The notes under the pieces are model-generated. The model did no database searches, was not told the DNA's origin, and was given only the letters and a program-made list of their open reading frames with translations. Shown one piece after another: positions 12,795 through 35,168 of a stretch of DNA of 64,000 nucleotides. Position 1 is the first letter of the stretch; the number at the start of each line of letters is the position of its first letter. The translations under genes and the position numbers were made by a program. Source of the DNA: Octopus vulgaris (taxonomy: Eukaryota); NCBI GenBank assembly GCA_951406725.2, contig OX597817.1, forward strand, positions 165,168,001 through 165,232,000, given 5' to 3'.

Positions 12795-13200
12795 CAAGGT
12801 GCGAAGCGTACATTGTCGCCATTTTATATTTTTATTTTCGCGCATGCACATTGTTTGTTTTTGATTTTATCGACTACACAGTATAGTAGGGTCAGTTGGG
12901 CACCGTCTATGAGAAAAATAGCACCATGACGCAATTTACTCTGCCAGAATTTTGGAAACGAAATACGGTACTGCTCGGCATTTGTGCTTGAAGCTACAAT
13001 ACGAACAGATGGTAGACAGTCAGAACAACCCTTAGCCGTGTCCCCTCAACCTGTACCGAAAGTAATAAAAATCAAACCTCCAGTCAGCATCATGACGTTT
13101 GGTAAGATTACTCCTCATGGCGACATTATGCCTCCTTCATTGCTCCGGAACGAACATTTCAGGGTGTGTGCGTGCCAATCTGAGGACATGTACCGAGAGT
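12795..13200 (+). pseudogene. Internally deleted and rearranged Tc1/mariner (maT/DD37D-like) transposon 5' part
   Basis: Starts TA|CAAGGTGCG; ATG at 12926 gives MTQFTLPEFWKRNTVLLGI; the segment LAVSPQPVPKVIKIKPPVSIMTFGKITPHGDIMPP resembles the KHP.S.MV(W/F)G.IT.DG motif of maT-type transposases. Confidence 0.65.
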
Positions 13201-13432
13201 GACAAAAATCAAATATCCAGTCAACATTCGGAGTTTTCTATCCTCAGTCGAGTTCCAGATTATTTTTGCAATTTCGGCTGGTTATACTCAAGATTGCTTC
13301 AAACTGGCCAGCCCCAAGGAAAAACTAAGCTAAGAACATTAGATTTCTTGGAAGAAAGGCTTTGAGGGTGGATTTGGTATATGGAATCTGAAAGACGTCC
13401 ATCGTATATATAAACAGAAAGTGAAAAAGTTC

Positions 13433-13467
<35 letters not shown>

Positions 13468-13494
13468 ACCCACACGTATATATATATTTATACA

Positions 13495-13591
<97 letters not shown>

Positions 13592-13769
13592 AATAGACAC
13601 ACACATATGCACACACATACACACGCACAGATTTAGTCATATGATTGATGTGTGGCTTGTGTTTTCAATGTCATTAATCCTCACTGTGACACTGACATAC
13701 CACGACAACGCAGGGATCTTTAAATCCGATTGGCTCCGCGAATAATTCTTTGTACCTACTTTCACTTAC

Positions 13770-13865
13770 TGGATAAGGTGAACCCGGGACAACAGTAGAT
13801 GACAGATGCCCAACTGAGGTTCTCCTAATGTGACAGGAATGACCTCAGATGTTAATATTATAATG
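13770..13865 (-). CDS. Candidate isolated 96-bp exon, unknown gene
   Basis: Minus-strand tttcAG acceptor and GTAAGT donor enclose 96 bp of non-repetitive sequence with one open frame ([31 protein letters not shown]). No recognised homology. Confidence 0.25.
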
Positions 13866-14479
13866 CTGAAATGCATAATCCCACAATCATGCTAAAAATA
13901 CATGTATGTATGTATGTATGTATGTATATTTGGTGCAACGAACGCGAGAGAAGGAGTACATGCATACATGCACACACGCATGCGCACACACACACATTCA
14001 CACATGCACGTACATATATACATACACACATACATACACACACACATACATACATACATACATTCACACATGCACGTACATATATACATACACACATACA
14101 TACATACATACATACATACATACATACATACATACATTTCAGAGGCTGAAACATTATATAGGGGACTCAAAAGCCAGAAGTTTTCGAACAGGTTGTGTGC
14201 GGGTGGGATGTGGGGGGCTCGTTGCTCCTGCGTGTTATAAGCTTGTGTGTGTGCGTATGTATTGATTTGGCTTTCATCAAGGAAATAGGAACGGCAGCTG
14301 AAACTAACTGAATGAAGCTGGTTATTGCTGATAAGAGCCCGCAAGTGGAACTCTTCCATATGTGAAGACTAGCACAATCCTTGCTGGCCCTCTCGGGTGA
14401 AGCGTACAGGCCAAGGGGTGAAATGCTTGTGATCCAGAGATACCTGTTAACGATATTATATAGCGAGAGAGAGACTTAC

Positions 14480-22570
<8,091 letters not shown>

Positions 22571-23473
22571 GTATGTATGTATGTATGTATGTATGTATGT
22601 ATGTATGTATGTATGTATGTATGTATGTATGTATGTATGTATGTATGTATGTATGTATGTATGTATGTATGTATGTATGTATGTATGTATGTGTGTATGT
22701 ATGTATGTATGTATGTATGTATGTATGTATGTATGTATGTATGTATGTATGTATGTATGTATGTATGTATGTATGTATGCATGCATGTATGTATGTATGT
22801 ATGTATGTATGTATGTATGTACGTACGTATGTATGTATGTATGTATGTATGTATGTATGTATGTATGTACGTATGTACGTATGTATGTATGTATGTATGT
22901 ACGTACGTATGTATGTATGTATGTACGTATGTATGCATGTATGTATGTATGTATGTATGTACGTATGTATGTATGTATGTATGTATGTATGTATGTATGT
23001 ATGTATGTATGTATGTATGTATGTATGTATGTATGTATGTATGTATGTATGTATGTATGTATATGTGTGTGTATGTATGTATGTATGTATGTATGTATGT
23101 ATGTATGTATGTATGTATGTATGTACGTACGTACGTACGTATGTATGTATGTATGTATGTATGTATGTATGTATGTATGTATGTATGTATGTATGTATGT
23201 ATGTATGTATGTATGTATGTACGTACGTATGTATGTATGTATGTACGTATGTATGTATGTATGTATGTATGTATGTATGTATGTATGTATGTATGTATGT
23301 ATGTATGTATGTATGTATGTATGTATGTATGTATGTATGTATGTATGTATGTATGTATGTATGTATGTATGTATATGTGTGTGTATGTATGTATGTATGT
23401 ATGTATGTATGTATGTATGTATGTACGTACGTACGTACGTATGTATGTATGTATGTATGTATGTATGTATGTA

Positions 23474-23504
<31 letters not shown>

Positions 23505-24165
23505 ATGTATGTATGTATGTATGTAGGTATCTATGTATGTACGTATGTATGTATGTATGTATGTATGTATGTATGTGTGTGTGTATGTATGTATGTATGT
23601 ATGTATGTATGTGTGTATGTATGTATGTATGTGTGTATGTATGTATGTATGTATGTATGTATGTATGTATGTATGTATGTATGTAGTATGTATGTATGTA
23701 TGTATGTATGTATGTATGTATGTATGTATGTATGTATGTATGTATGTATGTATGTATGTATGTATGTATGTGTTCTCCAGTAATTCTTGCTACAAAGACA
23801 TACAGTAAGAGTGCGAGTCCTTAAATTACATTAAGAGGTGAGGGTCATAACGAATGTTGTTTATATCATGTTTGAAGAAAACAGATTATTTAATTACCAT
23901 CATCGCCATCACAATCATCATTATCAATATCATTATCATCAACATAACTAGCAAGCAAAGCCGTTGTTGTTGGTGTTGTTGTCTTCGTCGTCGTCATCCT
24001 CAACATTGTGATGATGATCATCATCATCTCCAGTACATTCTATATTTGTATTGTTTCATGGAGTTTGTGGTCATGTGATCATCAAGAGTTATGCCAATGC
24101 ATTTAAACACATGCATCTAATTAGAACGACTCCGCACGAACACGCATCCACATGGATATACATAC

Positions 24166-24245
<80 letters not shown>

Positions 24246-24299
24246 GTGTGTATGTGTATATATATATATATATATGTGTGTGTGTATCTGTGTATGTGT

Positions 24300-24515
24300 A
24301 TGTGTGTGTGTGTCTGTGTTTGTCCCCCCATCAACATCGCTTGACAACCGATGCTGGTATGTTTACGTCCCCGTACCTTAGCGGTTCGGCAAAAGCGACC
24401 GATAGAATAAGTGCTAGGCTTACAAAAAAATAAGTCCTAGAATCGATTGCTCGACTAAAGGTGGCGTTCCAGCATGGCCGCAGTAAAATGACTGAAACAA
24501 ATAAAGGAATAAAAG
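24300..24515 (+). mobile_element. SINE family A 3' half
   Basis: Runs from tttgtccccccatcaacatcgcttgacaaccgatgctgg to ccagcatggccgcagtaaaatgactgaaac. Confidence 0.82.
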
Positions 24516-25122
24516 AATATATATATATAATGTAATAAATAAAATATATGCATACATACAAATATATATGTACGTACCTACATCTACATGTATATATACA
24601 TGCATATATAAAATGAGATAGGGGTTGTAAATTCAACCCTCCATGGGATAACATATATCCAATATACTGCTATGACTTGTTATATTTGTACTATATTAAT
24701 GTATAATATCATTGCTATTGTGTAGTGTTTTAATAAAGTATTGATTCGGTATTATCTGATAGGTGATGATTGATTTAGATATATTTCTCCATTTTCTCAT
24801 TTTGTACATGCATATATAAATATATATACTTAAGTACAGGACACCACAAAAAGACGTAGAACTCAATAGAAACGAAAACGGAAAAGCCATTTTTTTACAA
24901 CAGAAAGACAGAGACGTGGAAAGGACGAGAACGAAAACGGGAAAAACATTATTTACAACAGAAAAACAAGGTACAGGACAAGCTATACAAGGAAAAATCC
25001 CCAATCATCACTGTCGCTTGTAGACTTAAGCGTGTGAGATACTAATAGTCTCATGCTTTGAAAACACAAGCAAAAACACACACACACGCAGACATACACA
25101 CACGCACATACACCTATATATA

Positions 25123-25462
25123 AGGGTAAAGACCCCCTTCGGTCATGGATGACCATGGGATTGCACCTAGAAAGTTACCCTCCTAGACACAAGTCCGGGC
25201 AAGGTTGTTTATGGAAGACCAGCAGTCGCCCATGCATACCGGCCTCCCCTCTCCACGCCACCAGTGTTATCCAAGGGAAAGACAAAGGTCGATACAGCTT
25301 GGCACCAGTGACGTCGCAACTCATTTCTACAGCTGAGTGAACTGGTGCAACGTGAAATAAAGTGTTTTGCTCAAGAACACAACACGCAGCCCGGTCCGGG
25401 ATTCGAGCTCACAACCTCACGATCGTAAGCTCGACGCTCTAACCACTGAGCCATGCGCCTTC
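25123..25462 (-). mobile_element. SINE family C, full length
   Basis: Reverse complement of 5038-5369 with an intact tRNA-like head. Confidence 0.88.
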
Positions 25463-25661
25463 AATAATCTTGATAAAAGTGATGCAGCTAAATTGCAGTC
25501 ATGTTTTCCATACAGTTTGCCTAAAATCAAAATTCGTTTTCCGTCTGTTAGACTTAGTATACACGTGCATGTCTCTGTGCTTGTCTGTCTGCTTCTCTCT
25601 TACTCTCCCTCTCTCACTCTGTCTCTCTCTCTCTCTACATGTGTTTGTGTGTGCATACATA

Positions 25662-25726
<65 letters not shown>

Positions 25727-25760
25727 GTATGTATATGCATATGTGTATGCTTCTACGTAA

Positions 25761-25796
<36 letters not shown>

Positions 25797-26757
25797 GTAA
25801 GCAGGCATGTATGTGTGAATGCATGAATGGACGTATGCGTGAGTGTGTATACCTATGTATCTTCATCTGTGTATACACACACATAGACACACACGCATAG
25901 ACGCACACACATGCACACACACACATATGTACATTATGCATTCAAGAAATGCGCTCTGATTAAACATTTGGCAGTTTTTCAGTTTCATCTTATATGTGTG
26001 TGCATGTGTGTATATGTGTGTGTATGTGTGTGCATATGCGCATATGTATGTGTGTGTATGTGTTTTGTATGTATATATCTCAATATCTGTATCTAGACTC
26101 ATATATATATTATATACTTACATTTGTGTGTACATGTGTGTACGCGTGTGTGCATGTGTATGTATTTACAAATAAGTGTACGTATGTACATATATGTGCA
26201 TATAGGTGAGAGAGAAAGAGAGTAAGAGTGAAGGAGAGTAAGAGAGAGTAACAGAGAGAGAGAGAGATGAAAGAGAGAAGCATTAAGGAAGAATTGTGAT
26301 GCACATTGGCACGCGGCCACATATTTCTGGAGAATTTGATTCGTCTTTAGTATATTACTGTTTACTTATTTTCTTGAGAGCTCCGAAGTTCTCCCGCCAA
26401 GTCATTTGGTCTGCTAAATATAGCATCCAAATTTCCCTCAAATGAGACTATACGGTCTTTAAAAAATGTAAAGAGACATTACGTAACGTATAGATATAAA
26501 CACAGTCATTGAATAAAAGTGAGGATAGATATGGTTGCGTCAGTTCGCATTGTATTTGCGCTCATTCTGTGCTGGCTCTTCATTAAAGAGTATGTGTGTG
26601 TTTCCGCTCTAAACTTTTAAACAAAAATTCTGTAAGAATTTGAGTGTTACTTGAATTAGAGTGGTAATCATTTACAGCTCAGGAAGATTTTATCAAACCA
26701 AACTTTAAATTTCAGTTTGATTTATGTTTTATTGAAATTCATGCAAAGTTTCTTCAT

Positions 26758-27680
26758 TAGAGGTTTCCAAACTCAAATGCCGCAGCTATTCTCTAGGCGC
26801 GTGGCAGTTAATTTTTAGGTGTGTCGGAAAATGCAGTCAAACACGATCAATTTTCAAAAATATTTGGTTGTAAAGCATATTTTAGAAGTCGACAACACCC
26901 CGTATCATTTAGACACATGACTAGTAACGTGGTACTACATCTAACTCATACCGTAACTCAATGCGTCACAAAGAATTTTATTCTTAAAAATTGTGTCACC
27001 AATGTGAAAAGTTTAGAAATTTCTGCTTCTAAATGTTTGTGATAAATTGTTATCAAGGTTAAAATTATGTTGCTGACCTTATCTTTAAAATTTATATCTA
27101 CAATAGTTGCATCTTCGATATTTATTTTATCGGTTTATCTCTGATCCGCATCAGGTGGCTTATTCTTGGATGCCTAGGCTGGAATTGAACGAGGAATCTT
27201 TATTTCAAAATGAAACCGTAGTAATATTGTTATGCATGCTCCAATGTCTTAGTTGATATGAGATTTACAACCCTTATTTTAGAACAAAATTTTCATTGCT
27301 CCATTGAAGCATAAGTGTATATAAGTAGATGCCAAGGAATAAAACACCTGATGAATATTGGAGATGAAACCAACTGACAATAGTGCAGATATAAATATTA
27401 CAACTATATATTCTGAAAATAAGGCTAATAGTTAGAAAAGAAAGGTTTATGAAACAAATATAATTTGATTTATTCTCCGAGTATATTCAATTTAAAACAA
27501 TTTCTTGGTATTCGTATTCTTTAGTTTTTGCATTTTCTTATACAATGCATAGGAAAGAAAACATTGAAGAAGTTCTGCGAAAAAGATACGCATGGAACAA
27601 AATGATGTTTATTACTGTTTAGTACTGAATGGAACAAAATCTAAGCTTGCTTTTCAAAAGAATAATTCCTTTAGATGTGC
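26758..27680 (-). pseudogene. Fossil hAT (Charlie/Buster-like) transposon 3' end
   Basis: hAT-like terminus TAGAGGTTTCCAAACTC at 26758; minus strand ~27170-27345 reads SLASTYIHLCFNGAMKILF*NKGCKSHIN*DIGACITILLRF...PA*AS, resembling the hAT C-terminal dimerisation motif (F.STY.CE..FS.MK...AQ.SH); many stops. Confidence 0.5.
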
Positions 27681-27727
27681 ACTCGTCCTGCTAGTATAAG
27701 AGGCAAAATGCCTTACAAACTATACCC

Positions 27728-27902
27728 AGGCGCAGATACGTCCGTCTGATTAACAAGATCGTTTCGCAACTACATGATTTCGGGTTCAGTCCCACTGTGT
27801 AATACCTTGGACAAGTATCTCCTACTATAGTTCCGGGATGATGTGAGTAAATTTGCGAGATAGAAACTGTATGGAAGCCCGTCGTACACACACAAATATA
27901 TG

Positions 27903-27934
<32 letters not shown>

Positions 27935-28185
27935 TGTATGTATGTATGTATGTATGTATGTATGTGTGTATGTATGTATGTATGTATGTATGTATGTATA
28001 AATGTGTGTGATTGTCTCACACGTCCGCTTGACAATCGGTGTGGATTTGTTTACGTCCCTGTAACTTAGTGACGCGGCATAAGAACTGATAGAATAATTA
28101 CCAGACTTGAAATAGGTTCGACTATACCCTTCAAGTTTAATGCCCCAGCATGGCCGAAGTCCAGTGAGTGAAACACGTAAAAAAA
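27728..28185 (+). mobile_element. Diverged SINE family A with an (ATGT)n centre
   Basis: Head cgggttcagtcccactg and tail ccagcatggccgaagtccagtgagtgaaac. Confidence 0.75.
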
Positions 28186-28504
28186 TGATAAAGGATAATG
28201 TTTTAATAAAAAGACGGAACATGTTACATAATACAGGCGGCGTGTATGTCTTGCTAACATATACTATGCTTTCGTTAATTGGTTTAGGTGCGCAAAGATA
28301 ACAGTTCTTTAAATCACTGCAGTTTTGATGCTGCGGTATATCCAGGATGAGAGAGAAAGCAGCACCAACAGTCAGCTGGTACTCATTTACAGTTGAATAG
28401 ATTGAAGAAACATATTTAGCTGGCGGAGACAATTGCCGAGTTCAAGGAAACAATCACCTAGCTTAAAGAAACGTTGTTTAATTCAAAGAAACAACTGCCT
28501 AGCT

Positions 28505-28730
28505 TACTCTTTTACTCTTTTACTTGTTTCAGTCATTTGACTGTGGCCATGCTGGAGCACCGCCTTTAGCCGAGCAAATCGACCCCAGGACTTATTCTTT
28601 GGAAGCCTAGTACTTATTCTATCGGTGTCTTTTGCCGAACCGCTAAGTTACGGGGGCGTAAACACACCAGCATCGGTTGTCAAGCGATGTTGGCGGAACA
28701 AACACAGACACACAAACATATACACACACG
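28505..28730 (-). mobile_element. SINE family A 3' half
   Basis: Matches 101-310. Confidence 0.85.
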
Positions 28731-28732
28731 TA

Positions 28733-28773
<41 letters not shown>

Positions 28774-28775
<2 letters not shown>

Positions 28776-28938
28776 CCCCAAATTTAGTCAATTCGTGCTA
28801 GTCCCGAGTCCAAACATCCCTGAAAGTTTCATCCAAATCCATCCAGCGGTTCTTGAGATATCTTCTTGTCCACGGACAAACAAACTAACAAACACGACTG
28901 AAAACAATACCTCCACCTTAGCGAAGGCGGAGGCAACA
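28774..28938 (+). mobile_element. Helentron/HINE-like non-autonomous element 3' end
   Basis: aagtttcatccaaatccatccagcggttcttgagatatc, a short ACAA run and the terminal hairpin cctccacctt-agcg-aaggcggagg; this layout is typical of HINE/DINE-like repeats. Confidence 0.5.
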
Positions 28939-29345
28939 AGATTTAGTCTGATTTAGGTTATAGAATAACAACAAATCTATAACCGCTATATTTCTACACA
29001 CACCCTACAAAATTCAAAATCAGATAGAAAACATTCTGTCCTACATTACTTATTTACGCTATTTAATCAAACTTCTTTTCAATATTCTTTGGTACGGTTC
29101 ACCCTTCCTCTCTCTAACTCGAAACAAAGTCACGATGGCGTGCATGTTTCCTGACTACGCACCCTAGCGAAGCAACTTACACCACGTCAGGAACCTACTA
29201 CGTGTGCAATCAGTCCAATCTAAAGCTGCGCCCTATTCTAAATCCTTTTCTGCACATGTGTTCGTTTATTTATTTATCTATTTATTTATTTGTTTATTCA
29301 TTTTTCTTGGCTTATCCATCAGATACCAACTCACAATATATATAT

Positions 29346-29837
29346 AACTAGCAGTATCGCCCGGCGTTGCTCGGGTTTGTAAGGGAAATAACTATATAAG
29401 CATTTTTAGAGAGTTACTTCCCTTATAAATTCGGGCTTTCTTAGCCATTTTTGTTTTGGTGTCTTCGAGCCATGAAGTCGTTGTTCTAAAAGAACGCTGG
29501 TCTCCTTCACAACGCATTACGACGTTGATTTCTTTACACTCCCTTCCCCACAGCTTCACGAGGGAGGGAAGGGGGAGAAGCAAACAGGTGCAGCTGTGAG
29601 CGTGGACGCCAACTCCGCCGCCATCGACACACGATGCATTTTATGCATTAAAATGGAATAAAAAATGATGTTAATTTATTTTTAAAATCGTAGACTCATC
29701 GTTGACGCGCGCTAATAGTCAGACGGGCTCGATATGAATCACGACTATAAGATACCCGAATTTGGTTAAATTGCACCGCAAAATGTGGGAGGAGTTAGGA
29801 ATCTAAATCGAAGGGGACAGACACTCACACAACTAGA

Positions 29838-29842
<5 letters not shown>
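29346..29842 (+). mobile_element. Non-autonomous Helitron-like (Lep1-type) element
   Basis: 5' AACTAGCAGTATCGCCCGGCGTTGCTCGGG stem-loop start; 3' ...ggacagacactcacacaactagagtttt running into (AT)n. Confidence 0.55.
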
Positions 29843-29887
<45 letters not shown>

Positions 29888-30086
29888 TATATCCAAGGTG
29901 AGGTTTTCAATGGAATGGAATAGAACGTAAGCTGGTATACATTACATATGCACACACATACACATGTACTACATACATGCACACTCACACACACACGCAC
30001 ATAGACATACACACACACACACACACACGCAGATTATGGACATAGGTATATACAATAAATCTGTGTATGTACACACAGATATCAGT

Positions 30087-30166
<80 letters not shown>

Positions 30167-30527
30167 TGTATGTATGTATGTATATATGTGTGTGTGTGTG
30201 TGCGCGCACACACACATGCACGCACACTCACACACGTACATATAAGCCACACCATCCAGGTTTCGATTCTTCATTTTTCTTCTGTGCAGCTAATGTCCGA
30301 TATTTAAATGAAAAATTCAATCATACGAATGGTTTTGAGTTACATATATACATACATGCATATATACATCCACTGCAGTTATTTAGTACATTTTTGTTTT
30401 GCTATTATCACCGAATGAATGAAAGACAAAGCTGGCTCTGTCGAGAATTGAATTCCGATCGCAGGGAATCGTGGGTAATCTCATCCATGCATATGATAAC
30501 TCTGACAATTCATCGTCTCAAAGTACA

Positions 30528-30576
<49 letters not shown>

Positions 30577-30639
30577 CGCGCAACACAAAGATAATGCACA
30601 ACAATCAGTTGAAATAATTATTCAGTCTTAGCTATAGTC

Positions 30640-31243
30640 CGTCCTACTATAGGCACAAGGCCCGAAATATTTTGGGGAGGGGGCCAGTCAATTAGATCGA
30701 TCCCAGTACGCAACAGGTACAAAATTTATCGACCTCGAAAGGATAAAAGGCAAAATCGACCTCGGCGGAATTTAAACTCAGAACGTAAAGACAGACGAAA
30801 TACTGCTAAGTATTTCACCCGATGTACCAACGTTTCTTATTTTCCATAAGGGAATGAACATAGAGGGGACAAACAAGGACAGACAAAGGGATTAAGTCGA
30901 TTATATCGAGCCCAGTGCGTAACTGGTACTTATTTAAACGATCCCGAAAGGATGAAAGGCAAAGTTGACCTCGGCGGAATTTGAGCTCAGAACGTAAAGA
31001 CATGAAATACATATTTCTTTACTACCCACAAGGGACTAAACACAGAGGGGACGAACAAGGACATACAAACGGATTAAGTCGATTATATCAACCCAGTGCT
31101 TAACTGGTACTTAATTTATCGACCCCGAAAGGATGAAAGACAAAGTCAACCTCAGCGGAATTTGAACTCAGAACGTAACGGTAGACGAAATACGGCTAAG
31201 CATTTCGCCCGGCGTGCTCATGTTTCTGCCAGCTCACCGCCTT
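30640..31243 (-). mobile_element. SINE family B, trimeric body
   Basis: Three tandem bodies behind one head at ~31243. Confidence 0.87.
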
Positions 31244-31665
31244 TTTATTAGCTAAATTGAGTAACGAATAACAATTATAATATTATTTTTCAATATATAA
31301 ATATTTCTACAGTTAAAACCAAGCGGTTTTCAGTCTTACAGCTGTTCAAGGACCAATACATATTTTGCTTAAGTAAGTAGGAAAAAATCGTTAAAGTTTG
31401 TAACGTTTGCTTTTGCATAAAAGCCTTTTTGATTTAAAAGCTGTGTAGTTACACTGAATATTTAAACAAACGTGTAAGTGTGGCATATATTTCTTTATAA
31501 ATTGTTTTTCCTTGTTTATTTGTTGTTGCACTGTGGTTCAATCGGAACATTAATATTCTGGAAGCACTTTGATACTGAAGTCTTACATTTCTGTGTAACA
31601 TAATTTACTTTAATTTGGTTGCCACTGAATCTACCTGATCCTTACAGCACTGAAGCTAGAATTTG

Positions 31666-32076
31666 GGATCTTTTCGGTTTGAACGGTAGTTTTTTCTAGC
31701 GGTGTCATATGAAATTGTCACCCATAATTATGACCCTAGTATCGATCTATTTCAATCTATTTTAGGGCTAGGGTTAGGTGTGGGGTGAAGGGTATCTTTT
31801 TTTCTTCACAAATGTAGATAAACCCAATCTGTTTCTTAAACGAGGGATACATTCATACGGCACAGAATGTTGTTTACCTCAATGGACGTCAGTGATTGGT
31901 TGAAATTGCAGAAATTGAAGAAAAAAACAACAAATATCTTACAAACTATAGAATTTTCTCAATAAAGCCTAGAGAAAAAGATGTTTTATGAATACATTCT
32001 ACCAGTATACGAAGTTTAAAATTTTTTAGTTACCTAGAAATTATGTTAGAAACTGCCGTTCAAACCGAAAAGATCC
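31666..32076. mobile_element. 411-bp MITE with ~27-bp TIRs and 4-bp TSD (TTTG)
   Basis: ggatcttttcggtttgaacggtagttt ... aaactgccgttcaaaccgaaaagatcc; tttg at 31662-31665 and 32077-32080. Confidence 0.85.
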
Positions 32077-32240
32077 TTTGAGCTGTTTGAGGTAGTCCTT
32101 GAGTTTGTCACCGTCTTTCGAAAGACACAACGTAAGTATATACAATGAAACCCTTCCCACCAAATGCCACTGGGTTTGGAAGGTGCTCTTTCAGTTTTTT
32201 CCATAAAGCTAGGTTAGTGCAACGCAAATATTCTTTCATG

Positions 32241-32578
32241 CTTTTATTTTTTGTTTCAGTCATTTGGCTGCGGCCATGCTGGAGCACTGCCTTAAATGGT
32301 TTTTAATCGAAGGAATCGACCCCAGGGCTTATTCTTTTTAAGCCTATTACTTATTCTATCGGTCTTTTTTGCCGGACTGCTAAGTTAGAAGGACATAAAC
32401 ACACCAACATCGGTGATCAAGCGATTGTACGGGAAAAGCACACACACACACATACACTAATACATATACGACAGGCTTCTTTCAGCTTCCGTCTACCAAA
32501 TCAATTCACAAGGCTGAAGCTATAGCGAAAAACATTTTCCTAAGGAGTCACGCAGTGGGAATAAACCCGGAACCATGT
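32241..32578 (-). mobile_element. SINE family A, diverged
   Basis: Tail and body match family A. Confidence 0.8.
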
Positions 32579-32594
32579 ATATACATGCTGTATA

Positions 32595-32895
32595 AGGGTA
32601 AAGGGTAAAGACCCCCTTCGGTCAGGCACTGACCATGGGTTTGCACCTAGAGAGATACCCTCTGAGGCACAAGTCTGGGCAAGGTTGTTTTATGGAAGAC
32701 CAGCAGTCGCCCATGCATACCGGCCTCCCCTCTCCACGTCACCGATGTTGTCCAAGGGAAAGGCAAGGGCCGATACAGCTTGGCACCTGTGACGTCGCAA
32801 CTCATTTCTACAGCTGAGTGAACTGGAGCAACGTGAAATAAAGTGCCTTGCTCAAGAACACAACACGCAGCCCCGTCCGGGATTCGAGCTCACAG
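32595..32895 (-). mobile_element. 5'-truncated SINE family C with 12-bp TSD
   Basis: TSD acatgctgtata at 32583-32594 and 32896-32907. Confidence 0.9.
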
Positions 32896-33333
32896 ACATG
32901 CTGTATAGTATGTATTAAAAGAAAAAGTAGAATGGGTGAAAGTAAGAGAAGGAAAATAAAAGGTAGACAGAAGAGAGAAGCAGAGAAATAGAAAGGGATA
33001 GAGCAAGGAGGAAGTGAGAGAATATCTCGTGTGGTACGTATCCCAAGTTCAGAACTGAACGTCTCTCAAGTCTTAGTAACCAAGGGTAGCCTGGTTTAGC
33101 GACTGAAATATATAATCTGTTTTACCTCGATGTTCAAATAAATGATATTAAGAAACATATGTTACGTCGTGAATAGAGGTCGGGCAATGACCATTTGTCA
33201 AAGATCTGACAGAATGAATGGTGACATACACATGGTTTCCTTACGGTGCGACTGGTGAACAACAGCGTCGCTTTTACAGCTTTCCGACTGGCGAATTTGG
33301 GAAAACGCCAAAGATGGCCGCTGTGTGTGTGTG

Positions 33334-33369
<36 letters not shown>

Positions 33370-33470
33370 TGCGTGTATGTGTGTATGTGTGTGTGTGTGT
33401 GTGTGAGTGTGTTTGTGTGTGTGTGTGAATGTCTGTGTGTGAGTGTGTGAGAGTGTGTTTGTGTGTGTGT

Positions 33471-33510
<40 letters not shown>

Positions 33511-33633
33511 TTACAGGTAAGTTCACCGCCATCAGTTCACCGCTGGAGAGTTCATGGTGAATTCACCGTGAGGGAAGTTCACCGCGAAGAAAATTATATT
33601 TGTAAGTGTGTGTATATAAATATATGCATAATG

Positions 33634-33680
<47 letters not shown>

Positions 33681-34213
33681 GAGAGAGAGAGAGAAGGAAA
33701 AGAAACAGAAGGAGAGATAAAGAAGCGGGAAGGAGAGAATGATTTATATAAATATAAGACATTTAAGATTATCTGATGTTGGTAATGGAGTAGGTTTTGC
33801 TTGTACAGGAAGAGCTTGAGGCCGAAAAAGTGCAGAGGTTTCGATGTTAAAAGAAAAAATTAAAGGTAGAACACAGTTGTTAGAGCTGTGTACTTTGATT
33901 TTATGCGATAAAATAAGTAGATGATAATTTAAGTCTTTCAACCTTGTGCCTGGTATATAAACTGAACTTATGTAGTTATCTATAAAGATAAGATTTTGTA
34001 TAATCAAATATGCTGTTAGGCAAGGTGTGAGTGTGTTCAGGGTATCATAGGTGTATTCCGCACATCTTCGAAAGTCTTTAAGAAATAACGATGTAGTAAT
34101 TTTTCCTTATTGTTAATACAGTAAATATACTATATACTACAATTTTTTTTCCATATAATAGATATATTTAGATTTCGAATGTACTTTGTATTTACACTGT
34201 ATATTTATATTAA

Positions 34214-34424
34214 CCCTTTAGTGTTGGCATTATTCTGCCAAAATTAATGCTTTTTCATCCACATTGCTTTGAACTAATCATGCATTATCTTGTAGCTATG
34301 AGATTTTGATGAGGTAGCTGTTAATTTTTAAAACGATATTGTAGGGTTGGTGTGAGAGACCAGATCTGGCCAGTTTGAACATAAAACAGGCAGAATACTT
34401 TTGGCCGGATATGGCCAGTTAAAC
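34214..34424. mobile_element. piggyBac-like MITE fragment (TTAA|CCCTTT start); similar start at 60118
   Basis: ttaaccctttag terminus; the second terminus was not clearly seen. Confidence 0.4.
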
Positions 34425-35103
34425 ATAGTGTACGAGAAATTAGGGGAATTGGAACATAAATGCAAGTGAATCATTAGGTTAAAAATATTTTATGGTCCTG
34501 ATATTTCGGGCAGAAAAGCACTTTTCGTATGAAAGTATAAGAGAACTTGGCATTGAAATAGAAAATGAAAGCCTTTTTATATTAGCGACAGTACTAACCT
34601 AAAGAGAGCATCAATTCTTATCTCGTCTCTAATACTTTTAACAAGCTCGAAATTCTTAGTTATAGTATGTTGATTTTAATATGATAGGGATCACAGCTGA
34701 GTTAAAACAGTAGCAGGGAACTGTCTCATTCAACTGCGATCTCTGCCATCAAAACAGTATTGGTCACACATTTCTTGTTGCACTCAATGACATTATGCAA
34801 TATATATGTGTGTGCATATATTTATATATATATAACACGGGCTGATTTGCAACGGATGAAGTTGAACAGCTACATAAACAGAAACTATTGGAAGAATGTC
34901 ACAATGAGATAGCATTGTTGGGACAGAATTATCTTAGTTATCTTAGTTAATCTTTTGCTCATTTATCGATTTCACTCAGTTGGCTTTGGCCTCGGCGAGA
35001 CTCCACCGGCAAAGAAAATATCTAATATATGCATTTTAGAAGAATACACGGACGAAAGTGGATGGTAAACCAGAGTCATCTCACACACACACACACACAG
35101 ACA

Positions 35104-35168
<65 letters not shown>

